From the NCBI GenBank assembly GCA_030649345.1, contig JAUSKK010000020.1, positions 1 to 32,000 of the forward strand: a stretch of 32,000 nucleotides of DNA. The letters run 5' to 3'. A model generated the notes under the pieces. It was not told the origin of the DNA and ran no database searches. It was given only the letters and a program-made list of their open reading frames with translations. The stretch is from Candidatus Iainarchaeum sp. (GTDB lineage Archaea; Iainarchaeota; Iainarchaeia; Iainarchaeales; 0-14-0-20-34-12). A program made the position numbers and the translations under genes. Below are positions 8,095 through 16,385 of the stretch, piece by piece (position 1 is the stretch's first letter; every line of letters begins with the position of its first letter).

Positions 8095-8652
8095 TTAACG
8101 GAATGAGCTGCCGCAGGCACACGAACTTTTTGCATTTGGATTCGTGATTTTGAAGCCTGCGCCTTGCAAACCATCTATGTAATCAATTTCCAAGCCTTGC
8201 AGCATGGTTAAATGATTTCCATCTACAAAAAATTTAACTCCGCCCAATTCAATGACTTCATCGCCTGGCACAGATTCTTTGGCAAACATTAAACCATACG
8301 AAAAACCAGCACAACCACCCGGAGAAACACTTAAACGCAAACCAGAATCAGTGCGTTCTTGTTTTTGCATTAATTCTTTAATTTTAGTAATGGCATTTTG
8401 AGAAACATTCATTAAACCATTTTTCCCTTTCAAAGTAACATTTTCAGCAATTCTTTTATTGGCATCTTGAACTAAAGCTTCCAATTGTTCTTCAGTCCAG
8501 CCTTGAGTTAAAGCAATTTGTTCCAAAGTATCTTCCGCCGGCATACTGCAGCCATTCACTGGCAAACCAGCATCACCCAAAACAGGCAATAAACCAGGAT
8601 GTTTTTTTACTAAATCGCCTAAAGTCCAAGACTTATTGATTACATCAGCCAT
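8095..8652 (-). CDS. DUF1858-like domain fused to an A-type Fe-S cluster carrier (IscA/HesB/ErpA family)
   Basis: The C-terminal half has LRLSVSPGGCAGFSYGL...GLEIDYID...GFKITNPNAKSSCACGSSF (A-type carrier Cys triad). The N-terminal ~65 aa (TLGDLVKKHPGLLPVLGDAGLPVNGCSMPAEDTLEQIA...GW.EEQLEALV) resemble DUF1858. Confidence 0.82.
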   Translation of the reverse strand: MADVINKSWTLGDLVKKHPGLLPVLGDAGLPVNGCSMPAEDTLEQIALTQGWTEEQLEALVQDANKRIAENVTLKGKNGLMNVSQNAITKIKELMQKQERTDSGLRLSVSPGGCAGFSYGLMFAKESVPGDEVIELGGVKFFVDGNHLTMLQGLEIDYIDGLQGAGFKITNPNAKSSCACGSSFR

Positions 8653-8721
8653 GCAAAAATCTCCTTACTTAAACAATACTAGGCTAAAAAGTATAAAAAA
8701 GAAATGGTACAATTGCCCAGT

Positions 8722-9285
8722 TTACATGGTTAAGTGTTGTTTTTCTCTGTTTTCTTTAATTAAGCTGAAAATTTTGTGCTGTAGTTCTTCTGGATTTGGA
8801 ACAGCTAACAGCATTCCTTCGGCTCCAAACCTAGAGCCTGGCTGATAAGAAAATTGACCAGCTAAAGATTGAATATGCAAAGAACCAAAACCAAACAAAG
8901 ATTCCACAAAACTACGGGAAATAACTACATCTGAAATTCGCTCAAATGGAATAGAATTAATAGAATAACCAATAAAACCTCGCTTAACTGCAATGCGTTT
9001 ATTGGTAATCCAATAATTGGTTTTATCATAAGTCCAGCTAGCACTTACATATGCAATCAAGGTAGGAACAATTAAAAAAATTAATAAAGCTAAAAAAATT
9101 CCAGTATTAAAGCCAGTTAAAAAAATTAATGGAATAGCAATCCAAATTCCAAGAAATAAAAAAAGAAAAATTAAAGCAAAAAAACTAGTCAAAAAAAAAT
9201 ACGTTTTCAAAGCAGGCAAAGGCTTAATGGCTTGCACAATCTCTTCACCTTCAATTAAAGAAAAACCTAAAGCATCCATAAACAT
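8722..9285 (-). CDS. membrane protein with a bacterial-type PH domain (bPH_2, YdbS/YdbT-like)
   Basis: Two TM segments followed by YWITNKRIAVKRGFIGYSINSIPFERISDVVISRSFVESLFGFGSLHIQS, typical of bPH_2/DUF304. Confidence 0.78.
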   Translation of the reverse strand: MFMDALGFSLIEGEEIVQAIKPLPALKTYFFLTSFFALIFLFLFLGIWIAIPLIFLTGFNTGIFLALLIFLIVPTLIAYVSASWTYDKTNYWITNKRIAVKRGFIGYSINSIPFERISDVVISRSFVESLFGFGSLHIQSLAGQFSYQPGSRFGAEGMLLAVPNPEELQHKIFSLIKENREKQHLTM

Positions 9286-9309
9286 ATTTGGAATAAATCA
9301 GTATTTAAA

Positions 9310-9873
9310 TTATTCTTTATCTGAACTAATTCTTGAAGCTTCAGGCCCTTTTTGTTTTAGATATTTGGAATTCGTTTTATTGTACGGTTTTTCGCTGGGA
9401 CTGGATAATTGATCAAAAGTTAGTCTGCATACACGCGTGTTGGGCCAGAGGCAAACTGGCAAACGAGATAAATTGGTAATTTCCAAAGTGATATTTCCTT
9501 CAAAGCCTGGATCAATAGAACCAGCAGTGGAATGCACCACAATACCCAATCTTCCAAGAGAAGAACGGCCATCTAAACGTCCGAGTAAATCGTTCGGCAT
9601 TTTAATATATTCTTTAGTCATGCCTAAAACAAATTCGCCTGGATGAATTACAAAAGGTTTGTCTTTAGGAACCTCAATTAAATCCATTAAGTCTTCAGCC
9701 AAGCCAATCCGAGTATCAATATGGGTAATTTCTGAATGTTTGAATACACGAAACTGGTTTCCGAGATGAAGGTCCACTTTGGCTGCGTCAATAAAATTCC
9801 AATCCAAACCTTCGATTACTAATTTTTTGGATTCCAAAGCTTGCTTAATATCCCGGTCACTTAAAACAGTCAT
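9310..9873 (-). CDS. dcd: dCTP deaminase (dUTPase superfamily)
   Basis: MTVLSDRDIKQALE...DLHLGNQFRVF...GRSSLGRLGIVVHSTAGSIDPGFEGNITLEITN. The ATG at 9873 is preferred; the track's longer N-terminus (to 9972) is non-homologous and would overlap the divergent neighbour. Confidence 0.9.
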   Translation of the reverse strand: MTVLSDRDIKQALESKKLVIEGLDWNFIDAAKVDLHLGNQFRVFKHSEITHIDTRIGLAEDLMDLIEVPKDKPFVIHPGEFVLGMTKEYIKMPNDLLGRLDGRSSLGRLGIVVHSTAGSIDPGFEGNITLEITNLSRLPVCLWPNTRVCRLTFDQLSSPSEKPYNKTNSKYLKQKGPEASRISSDKE

Positions 9874-9924
9874 ACAAGAATATGTTACAAAACTATTTAA
9901 TAAACTACAATACTTTAATTCTAA

Positions 9925-10269
9925 ATGAATACAGTACGAAAACTCATAAATCAAGGAAAACAAAGATTTCACAAAATAAAAGAAACTGGAAAAACACGAA
10001 TTAAAACAGCTTTAGTGAATCGAAGAGAACGAATCCAGTACAAGTCAGTTAAAGACTTATTCGATTATGTTTTGCGGGAAAAACCAAAACCAATTTCTTT
10101 GATTTTGGCTTTTGGAAGAATGAACGAAGAAATTAAACGAAGAAGGCCTGGAGAAACAGAATGTGCACGATTGCAATATCAAGCCAATAAATGGAGCAAA
10201 CACAAAATTCCAAGAGTGGCCAGAGCAGCCCAAGAATTATTGGAAACTTTAAGAAACATTAAACAATAA
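9925..10269 (+). CDS. hypothetical small basic protein
   Basis: 114-aa Lys/Arg-rich ORF, 17 nt upstream of and co-oriented with the sigma-like gene. No family recognised. Confidence 0.5.
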   Translation: MNTVRKLINQGKQRFHKIKETGKTRIKTALVNRRERIQYKSVKDLFDYVLREKPKPISLILAFGRMNEEIKRRRPGETECARLQYQANKWSKHKIPRVARAAQELLETLRNIKQ

Positions 10270-10286
10270 AACTACTATTCGAACTA

Positions 10287-11279
10287 TTGATCCATATGCC
10301 CAGACGACCCAAGACACCGTATCGAATTGTTACGCCTGTTGCAGTAGCGCGAATTGGTGTACTTCGAAGCCAAGGAAAAACATTGAACGAAATTGGAGAA
10401 TACATTCATCGAAGATATGGAATCAGTCCAGCAACTGCACAAGGATATGCTTCCAAGTATTTTGCAAAAATGCAAAAAAATTCATCTGCTTGGAAAAAAA
10501 GATTTAAACAATTTAAAACAACGGCTACTTTGACACCTGAACAAAGATCCGAAGTTGCACAAACAAGATATGCTGGATTTTCAAAAGCAGAAAAAGACAG
10601 ACGTGCGAAAAAAATTTCTAAAACACACAAAAGACGTTTCGAAAAAATGCCGGCCAGTGAGCGAGGAAAAAACTTGAGAGCTAGTTGGATTGGAAAAACA
10701 GATGCTGAAATAGAAAGATGGAAGGAAAGGATTAGTCGAACACGCAAAGAAAAATGGAAACAAATGTCACCTCAAGAACGAGCAGCACGCATGGCTCAAA
10801 GTTTAGGAAAAATGACACGCACAGAACGAATAGAAAATGCACGAAAAGCTGGAACAATTAGTATGAGAAAAAAATCACGGCAAGAAAGATTTACACAAGC
10901 TCAAAAAGCAAGCCAAGCAGCCCGCAGTCAACGTTTACAAAGATTGGGATTAACGCATGTACCCAATTTGCCAATTTTAGATTTAGTTACAGTACGCGAA
11001 CGAAACAAACTATGGGAAACCAAAAAAGAACTTGTGCGCAGTATAGTCCAAAAGTTTCGTGGACACACTCGATGGGAACGAGATGTAAAAAATGAATACT
11101 CTGAAGAATTAATTGCAATAGGAAACATAGCTGCATTAACAGCTATTCGTAAATGGGATAAACAAAGTGATTTAAACCAGCTAATACAAGACCAAATTCG
11201 ATTTGAGTTACTACAGTTTTTATCCAAAGAAAAAGGTAAACGAATAGTGGAAACTAGAACACGAATTCCTGAAAAATAA
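10287..11279 (+). CDS. DNA-binding protein: N-terminal HTH, basic NUMOD3-like repeats, C-terminal sigma-70 region-2-like domain
   Basis: aa 20-58: IGVLRSQGKTLNEIGEYIHRRYGISPATAQGYASK (HTH). aa 83-214: about 7 repeats of [ST]xxER-x(10-15). aa 245-328: KKELVRSIVQKF...EELIAIGNIAALTAIRKWD....LIQDQIRFELLQFL.....RTRIP. Start is TTG 10287 or ATG 10296. Confidence 0.7.
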   Translation: MIHMPRRPKTPYRIVTPVAVARIGVLRSQGKTLNEIGEYIHRRYGISPATAQGYASKYFAKMQKNSSAWKKRFKQFKTTATLTPEQRSEVAQTRYAGFSKAEKDRRAKKISKTHKRRFEKMPASERGKNLRASWIGKTDAEIERWKERISRTRKEKWKQMSPQERAARMAQSLGKMTRTERIENARKAGTISMRKKSRQERFTQAQKASQAARSQRLQRLGLTHVPNLPILDLVTVRERNKLWETKKELVRSIVQKFRGHTRWERDVKNEYSEELIAIGNIAALTAIRKWDKQSDLNQLIQDQIRFELLQFLSKEKGKRIVETRTRIPEK

Positions 11280-11326
11280 ACGTAAAAGTTCTATTTTAAA
11301 ACATTAAGCACGCAAAAATAATAATT

Positions 11327-12223
11327 ATGAAACAAAACACAACACAAGTAAACCAAAATAGAACATTGGTCAATCGAGGCTTAGCTCAAATGCTGAAAGG
11401 CGGAGTCATTATGGATGTAGTGAATGCAGAGCAAGCTAAGATTGCGGAAAAGGCTGGAGCCTGTGCAGTTATGGCTTTAGAACGAGTGCCAGCCGACATT
11501 CGAGCAGACGGAGGAGTAGCTAGAATGGCTAACCCTAAAATCATTAAGCAAGTCATGAAAGCAGTTAGTATTCCAGTCATGGCTAAAGCACGCATTGGGC
11601 ATTTTGTGGAAGCCCAAATACTCGAAGCATTGGGAGTAGACTTTATTGATGAAAGTGAAGTATTGACTCCAGCCGACGAACAATTTCACATCAATAAATG
11701 GAATTTTAAAACACCGTTTGTATGCGGAGCCACCAATTTAGGAGAAGCCTTACGCAGAATCAATGAAGGAGCTTCTATGATTCGAACCAAAGGAGAAGCA
11801 GGCACAGGAAATGTGGTTGAAGCTGTACGGCATATTCGAAGCATTACTGGAAAAATTCAGGAATTAAAACAAAAAGGAAAAAAATCATGGAAAACTTTTT
11901 CAATCCAAGAACGCGTGCCTATAAAATTGGTTAAAGAAATTGTGCAAAAACAAAAATTACCTGTTGTCAATTTTGCAGCCGGTGGAATTGCAACGCCAGC
12001 TGACGCAGCATTGCTCATGCAATTGGGAACAGAAGGAGTTTTTGTTGGTTCTGGAATATTTAAATCCAAGCAGCCTGAAAAAACAGCTCAAGCCATAGTT
12101 GAAGCAACAGTGCATTTTAAAGACTTCAAAAAAATAGCTCAAGCTTCTGAAAAAACAGGAACAGCCATGAAAGGAAATGAACTCAACAAATTAGAATACC
12201 GGTTTGCCAAACGAGGCTGGTAA
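11327..12223 (+). CDS. pdxS: pyridoxal 5'-phosphate synthase, lyase subunit PdxS
   Basis: [50 protein letters not shown] and the rest of the protein are unmistakably PdxS/SNZ. Confidence 0.96.
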   Translation: MKQNTTQVNQNRTLVNRGLAQMLKGGVIMDVVNAEQAKIAEKAGACAVMALERVPADIRADGGVARMANPKIIKQVMKAVSIPVMAKARIGHFVEAQILEALGVDFIDESEVLTPADEQFHINKWNFKTPFVCGATNLGEALRRINEGASMIRTKGEAGTGNVVEAVRHIRSITGKIQELKQKGKKSWKTFSIQERVPIKLVKEIVQKQKLPVVNFAAGGIATPADAALLMQLGTEGVFVGSGIFKSKQPEKTAQAIVEATVHFKDFKKIAQASEKTGTAMKGNELNKLEYRFAKRGW

Positions 12224-12226
12224 TTT

Positions 12227-12811
12227 TTGAAATCAACCATTGTTGGAATTTTAGCCGTACAAGGAGATTTTGCAGAACATGCACTTATTTTAAAAAAATT
12301 AAACGCAATCCCTAAAGAAATACGAACATTAAACGATTTGGAAAACATTCATGGATTAATTATTCCAGGTGGAGAAAGTACCAGTATTGGAAAACAAATT
12401 AAAAAAAATGGATTGGAAAAAAAAATTAAAGAATTGGGAAAAAACGGACTGCCCATTATGGGAACCTGTGCAGGAGCTATTCTGCTGGCAGACAAAGTTA
12501 TTGGAAAATGTGAAATCAAATTGAACTTAATTCATGCAACCTTGGAACGAAATGCGTATGGAGGACAAAACAATTCATTTGAAAGCAGTGTAAATACATC
12601 TTTTGGAAAAATACAGGCAGCATTTATTCGTGCTCCAAAAATCAAAAAAATTGGAAACCAAGGAAAAATTCTAGGAAAAATTGGAAACGAAATTGTCTTG
12701 GCTGAAGAAAAAAACATACTCATTGCCAGTTTTCATCCGGAAATTTCAGGCGATCCAAAACTACACCAATATTTTTTAGAAAAAATAAAAAGACACCAGG
12801 CAGGATGTTGA
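12227..12811 (+). CDS. pdxT: pyridoxal 5'-phosphate synthase, glutaminase subunit PdxT
   Basis: GILAVQGDFAEH, IIPGGESTSI, GTCAGAILLA and FHPE motifs. The TTG start lies 3 nt after the pdxS stop. Confidence 0.9.
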   Translation: MKSTIVGILAVQGDFAEHALILKKLNAIPKEIRTLNDLENIHGLIIPGGESTSIGKQIKKNGLEKKIKELGKNGLPIMGTCAGAILLADKVIGKCEIKLNLIHATLERNAYGGQNNSFESSVNTSFGKIQAAFIRAPKIKKIGNQGKILGKIGNEIVLAEEKNILIASFHPEISGDPKLHQYFLEKIKRHQAGC

Positions 12812-12910
12812 ATACTATTAAATGAAACATACAAAAATCAAATATATTCTTTTATTGGTTCAACACCCTGCGGTTGCTTTTTAAATAAGTTCTTTCCACT
12901 AATTCTTTAA

Positions 12911-14035
12911 ATGCCTGCAATCAAAATCACCAGCTCTATCGAAGAAGTCAAAGGATCCACTCCTGATTTTAGCAATGAACGCAGAGCTTTCTGCGTAGCT
13001 TTACAAGATAATGGTGAATTAATTCGATTGGAAAATGATTCACCTGCTTCATTCACTGAAGCTATTGGCAAATCCAGTATTGCTTGGATTGATTATTGGG
13101 CAGATAATTTAGACAAAGAAATTTTTCCAATTGCTGAATCTTTAGGATTCAGTTCAGGAGTTGTTACAACCTTAATGGCCAACAAATTAGCAGGCTATGA
13201 AGACTTTGACACTGAATTGGGATTAATATTGCCAGCCGTAAACGTAAAAGGATTGGATGTACAAGTCAGTCCTTTGGTTATTTTAATTCGAAAAAATTTA
13301 ATTGTAACCCTGCATGGAAGAGAACTCAAACGCTTTATTATTTTTCGAAGATATGCTGCAACATTTATTAAAAAATTACCAGCCCATGCATTGCCCAACG
13401 ATCGCTTAACCATTATTTTGTCACGAATTATTGATGAAAGCAATAAACGAAACTTTGATCACTTAAGAGAAATTGAAGACCAAGGAGACAAAATCAGCAA
13501 ACAATTATTGGAAACATCCATGCCGGCTTCCAAAACAGCACCCAAGATCTACAAAATGAAACATGCCTTAATCACTTATTTGAATATATTGTGGGCTAGT
13601 TTGGATGTCATTAATAATTTACGATACGGAGATGCAGAATTATTAACAGACGATGAACCTATTTTAGCACGCGTTGGATTATTGGGGCAAGATGTACGCA
13701 GTCAAATTGGGTTAGCTGAACACATGTCTGAAGTCTTGGCTTCAGGATTGGAAGTACTCACCCAAGTTTACAACAATCAACTGCAAACCTTAAACAATCG
13801 ATTGGCATTGGCTGTAGCATATATGACCATTATTGGAACCGCAGTATTGGTCCCCAACACTCTGGCAACCATTTTATCCAATTCAGTGTTTAATTTAACT
13901 CCAGCTGACCAAGGATGGTTTATAGCCTTAATGATTGGATCTACCGTGATTTCAGTTATTGCAGTATATTGGTGGATTCGCAAACAACAATGGCTGCACA
14001 GTGAAATTAAAGAAGAAAAAACAAAAAACACATAG
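12911..14035 (+). CDS. CorA-family divalent-cation transporter-like protein lacking the canonical GMN motif
   Basis: CorA-like N-terminal domain (IAWIDYW...LGF...LVILIRKNLIVTLHG) and two C-terminal TM helices ending in WWIRKQQWL. The conserved LP.T is present (LVPNT), but the position of YGMNF reads LSNSVF. Confidence 0.7.
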   Translation: MPAIKITSSIEEVKGSTPDFSNERRAFCVALQDNGELIRLENDSPASFTEAIGKSSIAWIDYWADNLDKEIFPIAESLGFSSGVVTTLMANKLAGYEDFDTELGLILPAVNVKGLDVQVSPLVILIRKNLIVTLHGRELKRFIIFRRYAATFIKKLPAHALPNDRLTIILSRIIDESNKRNFDHLREIEDQGDKISKQLLETSMPASKTAPKIYKMKHALITYLNILWASLDVINNLRYGDAELLTDDEPILARVGLLGQDVRSQIGLAEHMSEVLASGLEVLTQVYNNQLQTLNNRLALAVAYMTIIGTAVLVPNTLATILSNSVFNLTPADQGWFIALMIGSTVISVIAVYWWIRKQQWLHSEIKEEKTKNT

Positions 14036-14075
14036 CATTCGAAAAGGTTTTAAATCAAAAAACACTAATATCTAA

Positions 14076-15461
14076 ATGAATTCAAAAAATGTTTTGCTAA
14101 TTTTAGGAATTTTTCTAATTTTAACCATTGGATGCGTAAATATAACCCCTCCAGGAACAACTACAACAGCGGATCAAAACAACCCAATCAATGATCAAAA
14201 TAATCCAATTACAGACAGCAATACCCCAGATGGAAACGAACCTGAAACCAGTGGAAGTATTATTGACCAAATTATAGGAAACCGAGATCAAAATAATCCA
14301 ACGGATCAAAACAATCCAGCAGTGGAAAAAACATTTGACGAAAAATTAGCAGATTGTAAAGCACTTATTGGAGAAGAACAAGGAAATTGTTTAAAAAGTT
14401 TAGCAGTTGCAGAAGAAAAACCAGAAGTATGTACAGAAATTGAAGAAAATGGAATTCGAGATAATTGTGTAAATGCAATTGCCTTGAAAAAAAGTGAAAT
14501 TCAATTATGCACAACCATAACTCAAGCTACCTTAAAAGACAGCTGTATTAAAAGCATTATTTTTACAACTCAAGCATGGGGTCAATGCAGTACATTAAGT
14601 TCAGAGGAAAACAAACTCAGTTGTTTCAAAAAAGCCTCACTAGAAACACAAGATTCACAATATTGTACAGGAATGAATACAGACAGTGAAGCTAATTTAT
14701 GTTATAAAAATTACGGAAAAACAGTTACTGAATGTAACCAAATAACTGCAGAGGCAGATAAAGCAAGCTGTACTCAAAGAGTTATTTTAGAACACCCAAC
14801 TATAGAAAATTGTACCACAGTTTCAGATGCTAACCAACAAGAAGACTGCTTAAGCAGAGCAGCTGTAAGCTTGCAAGACTTTAGTATTTGCAGAGGATTG
14901 ACAATAGAAACAAAAGAACGCACGTGTTACGCGAATACAGTGAATGGATTAACAGAAAGTTCACAAGAAAGTACTTGTGATTCTATTCGATTGGCAGATT
15001 ACAAAAGCGATTGCTACAATAAAGTTGCATTAAACTTAAAAGCGCCGGATACCTGCACTAAAATTTCAGACACCAATCAAAGAGAAACATGTTACAAAGA
15101 TATTGCATTGACCACATTAGATTACAACATTTGTAAAAAAGTAACCAGTTATGTGATCATGCAAAGACAATGCTTTATTGATATTGGAGTGCAGGGAAAA
15201 ATTACAGAATCATGCGACTTGGTTGATGATGTTGTAAAATACTTGCAATGCTTTACAGATTCAGCATTGGCATTAGATGATATTACTACATGCAATAAAA
15301 TTGAAACCTATCAGCTGGTTGGAGCCTACAGCAGCTATCCTTTACGATCATTGTGCATGAAAAACTTTGCTTTAGAAAAAAACAATCGAAGTCTGTGTAC
15401 GCAAATTGTAAGCACACCTGTAAAGACAGCATGTCAAGCAGGAAATGCAAACTTTAAATGA
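14076..15461 (+). CDS. secreted lipoprotein with a DQNNP low-complexity linker and 14 tandem C-x11-C-x13 repeats
   Basis: Signal peptide plus lipobox (LTIGC). From Cys94 (nt 14355) to the C-terminus the Cys spacing is almost perfectly periodic at ~26 aa. Confidence 0.7.
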   Translation: MNSKNVLLILGIFLILTIGCVNITPPGTTTTADQNNPINDQNNPITDSNTPDGNEPETSGSIIDQIIGNRDQNNPTDQNNPAVEKTFDEKLADCKALIGEEQGNCLKSLAVAEEKPEVCTEIEENGIRDNCVNAIALKKSEIQLCTTITQATLKDSCIKSIIFTTQAWGQCSTLSSEENKLSCFKKASLETQDSQYCTGMNTDSEANLCYKNYGKTVTECNQITAEADKASCTQRVILEHPTIENCTTVSDANQQEDCLSRAAVSLQDFSICRGLTIETKERTCYANTVNGLTESSQESTCDSIRLADYKSDCYNKVALNLKAPDTCTKISDTNQRETCYKDIALTTLDYNICKKVTSYVIMQRQCFIDIGVQGKITESCDLVDDVVKYLQCFTDSALALDDITTCNKIETYQLVGAYSSYPLRSLCMKNFALEKNNRSLCTQIVSTPVKTACQAGNANFK

Positions 15462-15537
15462 TTATAAAATTCAAAAAAAGTTATAATTTTTAAAATTCTT
15501 CTAGGAATTTTAAATAATTAAAAAAAATAAGAAAGGG

Positions 15538-15651
15538 CTAGGTTGCTTCAAACAAATCGAATTCTTCTAAAACATTTTCTAACTCGATTAGTTTTCGTAC
15601 AATCCTATCCCGTTTAATTTCAGTTCTCTGAGACAACTCCTTGCTCTTCAT
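15538..15651 (-). CDS. candidate small protein (37 aa, coiled-coil-like)
   Basis: MKSKELSQRTEIKRDRIVRKLIELENVLEEFDLFEAT. On the - strand, CTTTATAAAC lies ~25 nt upstream of the ATG, consistent with a leaderless mRNA. Below the ORF-track size cut-off. Confidence 0.3.
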   Translation of the reverse strand: MKSKELSQRTEIKRDRIVRKLIELENVLEEFDLFEAT

Positions 15652-15762
15652 ATCGAAAAAAGAACCTAAAAGTTTATAAAGCAACTGGTTTTCAGAAAAA
15701 ATACTGACATTTAGACGAAAATATAGTTCAAATCCGGAAAAAAAAGTAAGTCTAAATAAGAT

Positions 15763-16383
15763 TTATAGATTTTCCAAAAAAGATTTGCAAAAATTGACTT
15801 TATGATTAAACTTGTCAGGATTCAAAATTAACAACTGACTGCCTAAAACATCCGCCCAAGTTAAAAGACACAATTCTGGAAAAAAAGATTTTAAATCAGC
15901 ACGAATTTCTTTGAATTTTGCATCAAAGTTTGAACCACTTAATTCCAGCAACTCATGAATTTTCCCATGCTGTCGAATCAATTCAGCAATCCAAGCTTGT
16001 TCTTTTACAGTTAAATCAAAGCGTTTCAAAACAGGTTGAACTACAAGATAACCTTGTTCTTCATGTCCAGGAAATTTAGAAATACTTCCAGTTTGAACCA
16101 AAGTATCTTTTTTTCCAATATCATGAAACAAGGCAGCTAACAAAAGAAGCTCTTTTTTAGAATGTGTTTCAACCAAAGAAGAAAAAGAAGATTCAAGAAA
16201 GTTTTGATTCAGCAAAAGAGTCTGCATGGATTGAAAAGTCACAATACAATGATGAAATACTGAATCAAAAAAATGACTTTCATTGTTTTCAATAATAGAT
16301 TGAAGAACGTACAATTCAGGAAGGGATTGCTCAAATTTCCCGGCCAGCAAATTAGATGCTGAAAAATCAGAAATCTTTAGCAT
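15763..16383 (-). CDS. HD-domain phosphohydrolase
   Basis: LAALFHDIGK...FPGHEEQG...LIRQHG, like the HD domain of bacterial-type CCA-adding enzymes. Starts 2 nt after the nadE stop. Confidence 0.78.
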   Translation of the reverse strand: MLKISDFSASNLLAGKFEQSLPELYVLQSIIENNESHFFDSVFHHCIVTFQSMQTLLLNQNFLESSFSSLVETHSKKELLLLAALFHDIGKKDTLVQTGSISKFPGHEEQGYLVVQPVLKRFDLTVKEQAWIAELIRQHGKIHELLELSGSNFDAKFKEIRADLKSFFPELCLLTWADVLGSQLLILNPDKFNHKVNFCKSFLENL

Positions 16384-16385
16384 AA

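Noticed and set aside
9874-9972. Long N-terminal extensions in the ORF track for dcd, and similarly for the EamA gene (30961-31065), the ABC ATPase (21727-21762), the second peptidase (6690) and enolase (19238-19252).
   Set aside because: The extensions are non-homologous to the families, use TTG or distant starts, and in two cases would overlap divergent neighbours. Internal ATG codons give canonical N-termini.
10406-11227. Several 60-113-aa ORFs antisense to the sigma-like gene.
   Set aside because: The sense strand is AAA/GAA/AGA-rich, which removes stop codons from the complementary frames. The translations are Phe/Ser/Leu-rich with no recognisable features.
14172-14320. Repeated GATCAAAA(C/T)AA(C/T)CCA units as a possible tandem-repeat or CRISPR-like feature.
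   Set aside because: They are in frame within the lipoprotein gene and simply encode a DQNNP low-complexity linker. There is no spacer/repeat architecture.
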